From the NCBI GenBank assembly GCA_964359125.1, contig CAYHRZ010000001.1:1-49105 (forward strand): DNA of 49,105 bases. The letters are read 5' to 3'. The stretch comes from an uncultured Klebsiella sp. GTDB lineage: Bacteria > Myxococcota_A > UBA796 > SXON01. Under the pieces are notes generated by a model that saw only the letters and a program-made list of their open reading frames with translations, had not been told where the DNA came from and did not search any database. Positions 16,218 through 25,628 of this stretch are shown here, piece after piece (the stretch's first letter is position 1; each line of letters begins with the position of its first letter). The translations under genes and the position numbers were made by a program.

Positions 16218-18130
16218 GCATCCTCTCCACAGCCCAGCGCCTCGGCGGTGTCCGGGCTCCAGCACGGCAACGCCGCGACCGTGGCCACCTGGCCGGGTGT
16301 CCCGTCCACCACTGTGTCGCAGTAGAGTGCGTGGTAGCGCAGCGTGCCGCTGTCGGTACTGCAACTCGCACAGTTGTCCAGGAACGCCGCGTCGGGGTTG
16401 TCGAAGTCGCCGCTACCTCGGCGCTCGTACGTGTACAGCGGAATGCCGAGATGCGCCCGGACGCGACACTTCCAAGCGTTCGACGCTGACTCGAAACAAC
16501 AGTGGTGGCCATGGGGGCAGTGGCCCCCTCCCAGGTACACGTGGCCGATCTCGTGGATCAGGGTCTCGCCATGGTCGGCCAGCATACACAGGACATACCG
16601 CGACAAGCGCTGCGCCGTGAGCAAGTACTCGGCGGCCCCGGCGAGGTCGCCCTCGTCGCCCAGGGCGTAGGCGTAGTCGAGCGCCAGCCGCGCCAGGTGC
16701 ATGATGCGATCCGCCACCAGGCCATGGTAGGCAAGCTGGTTGGGCGGGAACACCACGTTCCAGCTCCCGCCGAACGCGATCCCACCACACCCTGACTTGG
16801 GCGGCTGACAATCCTCGCCCGACTCCCGGCCGGTGTAGCAACCCTCGCTGCCCACCCAGCGCAGGTCCCAGTCGTCCCAGGTCTTCCCGTCGCACACTCC
16901 CGGGTTGTACCCCTCGTGGCACGTGTCAGCTAGCTTCCACGAGTGGCAGGGCTCGTTCACGGGGCCGTAGCCGCGCTGCGCGCTGGAGTAGTGGATGGCG
17001 AGGGAGCAAGACTCCCGGCGGCCATCGCCGAAGTACGCCTCGTGCCGCTCGGCACTCTTGCCCTCCAGCATCGCCTCGAGGAACTCCGGGAACTTCCGGC
17101 ACTGCGCGAAGGCGTCGTTGGTGTAGGGGTTCACGTCCTTGGTGTTGGCGTACTGCACGTAGGTGAGCACGAGCTGGCAGGCGTAGACGTGGAACCGGAA
17201 GGGCGCGCCCCAGCCGTCGTTCCAGAACTGGTAGGCGTGCTCCCACTCCCAGTCGTCGCGGTGCAGGTTGTAGCAGCCGAGCAGCTTGCGGAACACGTCG
17301 GGGTCGCCGCGGGACTCGGAGCGAAACGCGGCCCAGAGCACGTCGAGGGTCTGGTGGACCGAGTGGACCTTGCCGTGGGCCGCGTCGCGGCCCTGCCGGT
17401 ACACGTGCGTCCAGTCGAGCAGCCACGCCTCGTACCAGTCGAAGGGGATGGTGAAGGACTGGTCCCGGTAGCTGAACGATGCCACCTCCTCCCGGGCCGT
17501 GAGGCCAGAGGGCGGTGGCGCCCCGGAGAGCGGCGCCGGCGCCGGTGCCTGCCCCCTTGGCCCAGGCGCACCGCCGGGCGGACCAGCCTTCCGCGGGACG
17601 ACGAGCCCGACCACGTCGGCGAACGACGCCGCGGCCCGCGATCGAGAGGCCCGCGGGGCGAGCAACTGGGAACAGCCCCGGCCGCCAGCCTTCGGCAGTA
17701 GCCGCTCCCCCCTCGGCGACGTGGTCGCTGGCGGGCGGAGCAGCGACGCCGCCCGGGCCAGCACCTGCTCGGTGTGCGACGCGGCGAACGGGGTCGCGTT
17801 GCCCGAGGCGTCGATGCCGACGACGAGCCCCGGGAGCAGCCGCGACCGGGGCGAGGGACGGGCTCGCGGCGGGGGCAGCACCCCGGCCGGGTCGATCACG
17901 CCGTCCCCCGTCCACCCCACGCCGCAGTCAGGAGCCCGGGGAGGCGCCAGCTTGCGCGTGCGACGGGCGCGCCCGCGCGTCCCGGGTGGTCGCCCGAGGT
18001 TCACCGGCACGATGCCGGCTTCCCGGGGGTCCGTGGCTGGCAGCCCGGCTGCGCCGCCCGGCGCCACAGCGCCCTGGCCGCAGCCGCAACTACCCCCGCA
18101 GCCGCCCCCGCAGCCGCACCCCGCGCTCAC
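16214..18130 (-). CDS. Large Cys-rich protein with HExxH zinc-metalloprotease-like motif (638 aa), family not recognised
   Basis: GTG 18130 overlaps the stop of the 120-aa gene (GTGA). N-terminus is VSAGCGCGGGCGGSCGCGQG, followed by a ~250-aa Pro/Arg/Gly-rich region. The ~390-aa globular C-terminal part has more than 25 Cys and TLIHEIGHVYLGGGHCPHGHHCC. GC3 is consistently high in this frame. Confidence 0.7.
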   Translation of the reverse strand: MSAGCGCGGGCGGSCGCGQGAVAPGGAAGLPATDPREAGIVPVNLGRPPGTRGRARRTRKLAPPRAPDCGVGWTGDGVIDPAGVLPPPRARPSPRSRLLPGLVVGIDASGNATPFAASHTEQVLARAASLLRPPATTSPRGERLLPKAGGRGCSQLLAPRASRSRAAASFADVVGLVVPRKAGPPGGAPGPRGQAPAPAPLSGAPPPSGLTAREEVASFSYRDQSFTIPFDWYEAWLLDWTHVYRQGRDAAHGKVHSVHQTLDVLWAAFRSESRGDPDVFRKLLGCYNLHRDDWEWEHAYQFWNDGWGAPFRFHVYACQLVLTYVQYANTKDVNPYTNDAFAQCRKFPEFLEAMLEGKSAERHEAYFGDGRRESCSLAIHYSSAQRGYGPVNEPCHSWKLADTCHEGYNPGVCDGKTWDDWDLRWVGSEGCYTGRESGEDCQPPKSGCGGIAFGGSWNVVFPPNQLAYHGLVADRIMHLARLALDYAYALGDEGDLAGAAEYLLTAQRLSRYVLCMLADHGETLIHEIGHVYLGGGHCPHGHHCCFESASNAWKCRVRAHLGIPLYTYERRGSGDFDNPDAAFLDNCASCSTDSGTLRYHALYCDTVVDGTPGQVATVAALPCWSPDTAEALGCGEDA

Positions 18131-18489
18131 TCCTTCCACACCGAGTCGGCCAGCACGACCGGGCTCCCGGTGACCGTGCCGACCGCGACCAGGCGGATGA
18201 AGCGGAGGAAGTTCTCGCACCACATGTGCTTGTTGCCCGCCGCGCTGTTGTCGAGCACCACCTGGAGGTCCGCGCCGCTGGGGTCCTTCGCGTCGATGAA
18301 CGCGTCGTCCTCGTTCACCGCGGCGTGCTGCACGCGCAGGTAGGTGGCGGCCGACGTCCCGTCCTTGAGGCGGCGGAACTGCAACTCCCCTCTCGTGAAG
18401 GCGCCGGCGTCGAGCACGTCTTCCTTCGGGGTCTTGTAGCCGGTGGTGATGACGGTGGGTTCCAGGACTCGATGGTACAACGACGACAT
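18127..18489 (-). CDS. Hypothetical 120-aa soluble protein, first gene of the cassette
   Basis: ATG 18489 is preceded by GGAG. The sequence is non-repetitive (MSSLYHRVLEPTVITTGYKTPKEDVLDAG...HMWCENFLRFIRLVAVGTVTGSPVVLADSVWKE) with no signal peptide. I recognise no family. Confidence 0.65.
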   Translation of the reverse strand: MSSLYHRVLEPTVITTGYKTPKEDVLDAGAFTRGELQFRRLKDGTSAATYLRVQHAAVNEDDAFIDAKDPSGADLQVVLDNSAAGNKHMWCENFLRFIRLVAVGTVTGSPVVLADSVWKE

Positions 18490-18573
18490 GGGAAACTCCA
18501 GTGGACGGGTGAAGCGGTGCGAGGTACCCGAGGGACGGTCCCCCCGGCCACGCACCGGTCACACGGGCTAGCA

Positions 18574-18583
18574 GGGGGGGGGG
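18574..18583. repeat. Homopolymer G10 (C10 on the coding strand) in the cassette leader
   Basis: Read directly. It lies 85 nt upstream of the 120-aa gene start and 6 nt downstream of a TTGACA hexamer (minus strand, 18595-18590). Confidence 0.9.
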
Positions 18584-18637
18584 TCACCTTGTCAATGCAT
18601 CTGCCACATCCGTTACATCTCGTGACAATTCCACCCG

Positions 18638-18763
18638 GGAGCACGAGGCCCTCCGGGGGACAGGCCCCTACTATGCCCCCTCGGGAGGCGCCCCGCCAGC
18701 CTCCCCAACCCGCACCGCGATCCGCTCCCCGAGCTTCACCGGCTGGCCCGGGGTAGCCGTCCA
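18638..18763. repeat. Direct repeat copy B (right boundary of the cassette; overlaps the genuine psd 3' end)
   Basis: See copy A. It contains the psd stop (18671-18673), the 33-nt spacer, and the RBS+GTGCTC that in copy A starts the DUF2330-like gene. Confidence 0.85.
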
Positions 18764-19546
18764 CCGGATGGACCCCGGCGGAAACAGCAGCACCACCGTA
18801 CTCCCCATCTCGAAACGGCCGATCTCCTCGGCCCGCCCCAGCGGGTGGTTCACCTCGCGCTCCACCGTGTCGCGACCGCCGTTGTTGGACACCACGTCGG
18901 AGAACACCACCCGGATCCGTCCCACGCCGAAGGCCCCCACCAGGCACTCGGCCACCTCGCCGAGCTCGGTGTCGAGAAAGGCCGTGAGCCGCTCGTTACG
19001 ACTGAACAAGAACGGGATCTTCCGCGTGGCCGCCGGGAACACTGGCCACAGGGCGCCGGGCACGTACTGGAAGCGAGTGACGGTACCCGCCAGGGGCGTG
19101 TGAACCCGGTGGTAGTCGCGGGGCGACAGGTAGATCACCGCGTAGTGGCCTCCCTCGTAGCCCTCGCGCCCCGCCAGCAGTTCCCGCGCCGAGAAGTGTT
19201 GGGTGTCCGACTGGGGGATACGGTCGTCGACCACCGTGCCGATGGCGTACACCTTGCCGTCGCAAGGCGACACGATGGCGCCGGGGTCGCCGTCCACCGG
19301 CCGCACGCCGACCCGGAGCGGGCGGGTGAAGAAGGCGACCAGCGAGTCGTAGTCCTGGACCGAGCCCTCGCACTCGGAGAGGTCGACGTTGTACTTCCAG
19401 CAGTACGAGCGGATCACCCAGCCGAGGAGCGGCCGCGGCAGCCGGATTCTCGCCAGCGCCCCCATCCACCCCGACACCGCGTGCTTGGGCACCACCGACA
19501 AGGCCGAGATGATGAGCGCATCTTTCATCGCCGCGGCGGATAACAC
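18671..19546 (-). CDS. psd: Phosphatidylserine decarboxylase proenzyme
   Basis: FFTRPL, SPCDG, YLSPRDYHRVH and the FEMGST self-cleavage site. The start is either GTG 19546 or ATG 19528. Confidence 0.9.
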   Translation of the reverse strand: MLSAAAMKDALIISALSVVPKHAVSGWMGALARIRLPRPLLGWVIRSYCWKYNVDLSECEGSVQDYDSLVAFFTRPLRVGVRPVDGDPGAIVSPCDGKVYAIGTVVDDRIPQSDTQHFSARELLAGREGYEGGHYAVIYLSPRDYHRVHTPLAGTVTRFQYVPGALWPVFPAATRKIPFLFSRNERLTAFLDTELGEVAECLVGAFGVGRIRVVFSDVVSNNGGRDTVEREVNHPLGRAEEIGRFEMGSTVVLLFPPGSIRWTATPGQPVKLGERIAVRVGEAGGAPPEGA

Positions 19547-19554
19547 CCCCCGTG

Positions 19555-20583
19555 ATGCCGATCTGGTCCTGCGCGCTACCTGTCCCCACTCGCCCCTCCG
19601 GGCGCGTGCTCCACGTCGTGGAGCGGGTGTGGGCCAAGATGCGCGAACAACCCGAGATGGCCGGGCCCACCCTGTCGCGACAGCTCCGCGAGGATCGCAG
19701 CCTGGGCGCCAAGGAGCGGCCGGTCGCGGGCGACATGCTGCTGGGCATGATCCGCCACCAGGCGGCGCTCGGACGGCTCCACGCCGAGCCGGTGTCGGCC
19801 TGGCTGGCGCTCTGCGACGGCGTCCCCGATCTCCCCGATCCCGACGACGAGGTCGATGCCTACGCCGTGGCGCTGTCGTTGCCCCGCGACCTGGCGGCCG
19901 AGTGGTGGACCCGCCTCGGCCCCGAGCGCGCCGTGGCCCTGGCCCAGACCCTCGCGGGCCGGGCCCCGGTGTGGCTGAGGGTGCTGCGCGATCCTGTCGG
20001 CCTCGAGATCCCTCACCACCGCGAGGGGTTGTCGATCCGCCTCGACGGTCGCGCCAACGTCACCACGCTCGCGGCCTACCGAGAAGGCCGGGTGGAAGTC
20101 CAGGACCTCGGCAGCCAGCGGATCGCCGAGGCGGCGTTTCCCGGCGCCGGCGGCACGGTGCTGGACCTCTGCGCGGGCGCCGGCGGCAAGTCGCTGGCGC
20201 TGGCGGCGATGGGGGCGAAGGTCACAGCCTGGGACAGCCGTCCCGGGGCGCTGCGCGAGCTGGAAAAACGCGCCGGGCGCTGCGACCTCCACGTCGAGAT
20301 CGCCCCGCCCTCGGGCAGCTACGACGTGATCCTCGTCGACGCCCCCTGCTCCGGGACCGGCGTGCTGCGCCGTCACCCGGAAACCCGCTGGCGGCTCTCG
20401 TTCCACGTGGAACAACAGCGCGCGCTCCTCGAACGCGTTCGCGGTCGCGCCGCCCGCGTCGTGTACGCTACCTGCTCGCTGGCCCGCCGCGAGAACGAGG
20501 AGGTCAGCGGGGTCGAGGGCACCACGCTCTGGCCCGAGCCCCTCGGCAACGATGGCTTCTACATCGCGGTGGTGGGCGGCTAG
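19555..20583 (+). CDS. RsmB/NOP2/Sun-family RNA (cytosine-C5) methyltransferase
   Basis: VLDLCAGAGGKS SAM motif, DAPCSGTG and YATCS catalytic Cys motifs. The start is uncertain (GTG 19552, ATG 19555 or GTG 19606). Confidence 0.8.
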   Translation: MPIWSCALPVPTRPSGRVLHVVERVWAKMREQPEMAGPTLSRQLREDRSLGAKERPVAGDMLLGMIRHQAALGRLHAEPVSAWLALCDGVPDLPDPDDEVDAYAVALSLPRDLAAEWWTRLGPERAVALAQTLAGRAPVWLRVLRDPVGLEIPHHREGLSIRLDGRANVTTLAAYREGRVEVQDLGSQRIAEAAFPGAGGTVLDLCAGAGGKSLALAAMGAKVTAWDSRPGALRELEKRAGRCDLHVEIAPPSGSYDVILVDAPCSGTGVLRRHPETRWRLSFHVEQQRALLERVRGRAARVVYATCSLARRENEEVSGVEGTTLWPEPLGNDGFYIAVVGG

Positions 20584-20592
20584 AATCCCCCC

Positions 20593-22998
<2,406 letters not shown>

Positions 22999-23022
22999 CG
23001 GCCAGTGGGATAAACGCCCCCG

Positions 23023-23400
23023 ATGTTTCTCGGCCTCCGCACCACCGTCTACTTCGTGAACGACCTCCCCGCCGCCCGTGACTGGTACGCCCGAGTGCTG
23101 GAGGCAACTCCCTACTTCGACACGCCCTACTACGTGGGTTTCAGCGTGGGCGGCTTCGAACTGGGCCTGCACCCCGCCGAAGACGGCCGCGCCCCCGGCC
23201 TCGGCGGCCACGCGGCCTACTGGGGGGTGCTCGACGCCGAGGCGGCCCACGCCCGGCTCATCGCCCTCGGCGCCACCTCCCTGCAGGCGCCGCACGACGT
23301 GGGCGGCGGCATAGTGGTCGGCGCGGTGACGGATCCCTTCGGCAACGAGCTGGGGATCATCTTCAACCCCCACTTCGGCAAGGCTACGCCGGAGGCTTGA
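23023..23400 (+). CDS. VOC/glyoxalase-family protein
   Basis: 125 aa. The pattern GLRTTVYFVNDLPAARDWY...GFELGLHP...DPFGNELGII is typical of the glyoxalase/bleomycin-resistance fold. Confidence 0.8.
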   Translation: MFLGLRTTVYFVNDLPAARDWYARVLEATPYFDTPYYVGFSVGGFELGLHPAEDGRAPGLGGHAAYWGVLDAEAAHARLIALGATSLQAPHDVGGGIVVGAVTDPFGNELGIIFNPHFGKATPEA

Positions 23401-23827
23401 GGCCGGCCCGGCGCTTCGCTTCGATGTTGCCCGCGGTGTAGGCCACCAAGAGGTACAGCGGCAGTTCCACGTAGAACCACGGCGGGCCCTTGATGGTCAC
23501 CATGTTGATGACCCCGCCCAGGAGCGACAGCGAACCGACGATCATCGCCAGCAACACCGGGCGGGAGCTCCCGAGCCGGGCCGCGATCCAGCCGCCCAGC
23601 GAGGCCTGGCCCAGGTGCGCCACCATCACCACGAGGAAGGCCGCGGTGGGGAGGGTGTCGAGGTAGGCCTGGAAGGCCACCGGGTCCTCCATGCTCGCGC
23701 CGGCGGGCATGGGGAACAGCACGAAGGCGTTGAGCGAGATCAGCGCGCCGTTGAAGAGGCTGCCCACGAAGAGGCCGAGGAGCGTAGCGCCGATGTTGCG
23801 TAGCACGAGGTTGAACCCGGGGAGCAC
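23384..23827 (-). CDS. Hypothetical integral membrane protein (4 predicted TM segments)
   Basis: 147-aa ORF with four hydrophobic stretches and good GC3. No family recognised. Confidence 0.6.
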   Translation of the reverse strand: MLPGFNLVLRNIGATLLGLFVGSLFNGALISLNAFVLFPMPAGASMEDPVAFQAYLDTLPTAAFLVVMVAHLGQASLGGWIAARLGSSRPVLLAMIVGSLSLLGGVINMVTIKGPPWFYVELPLYLLVAYTAGNIEAKRRAGLKPPA

Positions 23828-23872
23828 GGCAAGCTACCGCGGGGAAGCCGCCCGCGCCCGCTCGCGCGGTGC

Positions 23873-24079
23873 CTACCGCTGCGCGAGACGCGGTGCGGGG
23901 TTCGCGCGTTCGGCCACGCCCACGAGGTAACGGCGCAGGGCGTCGGCCCCGTGCCGCCGGGCCACCTGGAAGTTCATCCGATCCAGGCGCTCGCGGAGCG
24001 CCGCGGCGAGGGCATCGTCTTCCGACTCGCCGGTGAGGTCACGGAGTTCGCGGAGGAGGCGGGCAGCGGAGTGGTTCAT
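23873..24079 (-). CDS. Orphan VapB-like (Rv0623/PSK-type) antitoxin-like small protein, 68 aa
   Basis: ATG 24079 is preceded by AGGAG. AARLLRELRDLTGESEDDALAAALRERLDRM parallels [31 protein letters not shown] of the VapB at 34476-34721. No toxin gene is adjacent. Confidence 0.6.
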   Translation of the reverse strand: MNHSAARLLRELRDLTGESEDDALAAALRERLDRMNFQVARRHGADALRRYLVGVAERANPAPRLAQR

Positions 24080-24155
24080 CGGTGCTCCTGCTCGAGGTAC
24101 GCCCCCGGCGATACCGGGGTGACAGGGATACCGCCAGGGGACTGTGAACCTGCCC

Positions 24156-25145
24156 CTACTGACTCCGCACGCAGGCCCCGAACAGCTTGTGGAACAAGCG
24201 GGCGGCGACGTTGCCGTCCCACTCGCCGGGGCCGATTTCGTTGACGTCGAAGCCGACGATGCGACGCCGCGCGGACAGGCGTTTGAACAACACCTGGGCG
24301 TCGCGGAAGGAGAGCCCACCGGGGACGGGCGTGCCGGTGCCGGGGCAGAGCGACGGGTCGAGGCCGTCCACGTCGAAGGAGACGTACACCCGCGGCGGCA
24401 ACTTCTCCACCAGCTCGTCGACGACCGCCGCGAAGCTCTCGCCCTCGGCCAGCCGGCTCGCCACGTCGGCGTCGAAGAGGGTGCTGATACGGCTCGGTGT
24501 ATCATGTATCAGTCTTCGTTCAGCATCGCCAACATCTCTAATACCTAGCTGGATAATGTTGGATACACCCTGGATGTATCGCAACACGTTGAACATGATC
24601 GAGGCGTGGCTGTGGGTGAAGCCCTCGTAGGCCTCGCGCAGGTCCGCGTGCGCGTCCACGTGGAGGATCCCCACGCCGGGAAACACTTCGGCCACCGCCC
24701 GGATGGCGCCGAAGGGGGTGCTGTGGTCGCCCCCGACGAGGGCCGGCACCCTGCCCGCCGCGAGCACCGCCCGCGCCCGCTGGTACACCGCCTCGTTCAC
24801 CCGCTCCGAGAGCACGTTGACCCGCCCGGCGGCCTCGGGGTCCTGTCCCAGCGACTCGATCACCCGCAGCGCGTCGGCCTCGGCCTCCCCGTCCCACCGG
24901 CGGAACTGCGGATCCTCCGGCAACAACACCACGCCCGCGCGCCAGGCGTCCCCGTACTCCACGTCGTACAAGTCCACCTGGGCGCTGGCCCGCACCAGGG
25001 CCGCCGGGCCCTCGATCGTCCCACGCCGGTACGAGGTGGTGGCCTGCCAGGGCACCGCCTGCACGTGGACGAGCGCCTCGCGAGGCGTGCAGGGCAGGCC
25101 GAACAGGGAGCCGGGCGCGGCCGGGGCGTCGGGGTCGAAGGACAT
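24156..25145 (-). CDS. Arginase/agmatinase/formiminoglutamase-family ureohydrolase
   Basis: Mn-binding motifs GGDHS, DAHADL and SFDVDGLDP. Confidence 0.85.
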   Translation of the reverse strand: MSFDPDAPAAPGSLFGLPCTPREALVHVQAVPWQATTSYRRGTIEGPAALVRASAQVDLYDVEYGDAWRAGVVLLPEDPQFRRWDGEAEADALRVIESLGQDPEAAGRVNVLSERVNEAVYQRARAVLAAGRVPALVGGDHSTPFGAIRAVAEVFPGVGILHVDAHADLREAYEGFTHSHASIMFNVLRYIQGVSNIIQLGIRDVGDAERRLIHDTPSRISTLFDADVASRLAEGESFAAVVDELVEKLPPRVYVSFDVDGLDPSLCPGTGTPVPGGLSFRDAQVLFKRLSARRRIVGFDVNEIGPGEWDGNVAARLFHKLFGACVRSQ

Positions 25146-25154
25146 GCGCTCGGC

Positions 25155-25598
25155 CTAGCCCGCGCTGCCCTCGAGCACCGCCTTGAGCTTGTGCAGGTCG
25201 GCGGTGTTGGCGCGGCGCATCATCAACTCCATCAACGGGGCGGTGATCGCCGCGAAGCCGGAGGGCTCGCCCCGGTTGCGCAGCGTCATCCTCGTGCCCT
25301 CGCCCTCCGCCGCCCAGGTGTAGGTCGTCTCCATGGGGAACGGCCCGTCGGCGGTCGACATCACCAGCCGCTCCCCAGCGACAAGCTCGCGGATCTCGTA
25401 GGTGTAGGCGATGCGCCGCCCGAGGAAGTAGGCCACGAAGGCCACCCTCGAGCCCACCACGAACGGGGGTGGGGTGACCGGCTCCACCGAGCGGATGTTG
25501 ACGTACCAGTCGCACACCCGCAGGGGATCCCCCGCGAAGGCCGACACCACCGCCACCGGGCGGGCGATCAGGATCTCGGTGAGCACGTCGACGGGCAT
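25155..25598 (-). CDS. SRPBCC (START/polyketide-cyclase-like) family protein
   Basis: 147 aa, with a typical SRPBCC pattern (MPVDVLTEILIARPVAVVSAFAGDP...W...). Confidence 0.65.
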   Translation of the reverse strand: MPVDVLTEILIARPVAVVSAFAGDPLRVCDWYVNIRSVEPVTPPPFVVGSRVAFVAYFLGRRIAYTYEIRELVAGERLVMSTADGPFPMETTYTWAAEGEGTRMTLRNRGEPSGFAAITAPLMELMMRRANTADLHKLKAVLEGSAG

Positions 25599-25628
25599 GC
25601 GCCAGCGTACCCCGGGGAACGGCTCGCC

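Noticed and set aside
18590-18595. Calling a sigma-70 promoter for the cassette from the TTGACA hexamer
   Set aside because: No acceptable -10 hexamer lies at 16-19 bp (GCTAGC/CTAGCC only). I kept it as context for the homopolymer finding, not as a promoter feature.
18315-18947. ORF that starts at the duplicated RBS+GTGCTC of repeat copy B (VLPGGIVTRCNGCGRCIDKVTPPP...) and reads through the C10 tract into the 120-aa gene in another frame
   Set aside because: Beyond the first ~40 codons it is Arg/Pro/Ser junk overlapping a better ORF. It is probably just a by-product of the duplication. A short leader peptide whose frame depends on the C10 tract cannot be excluded.
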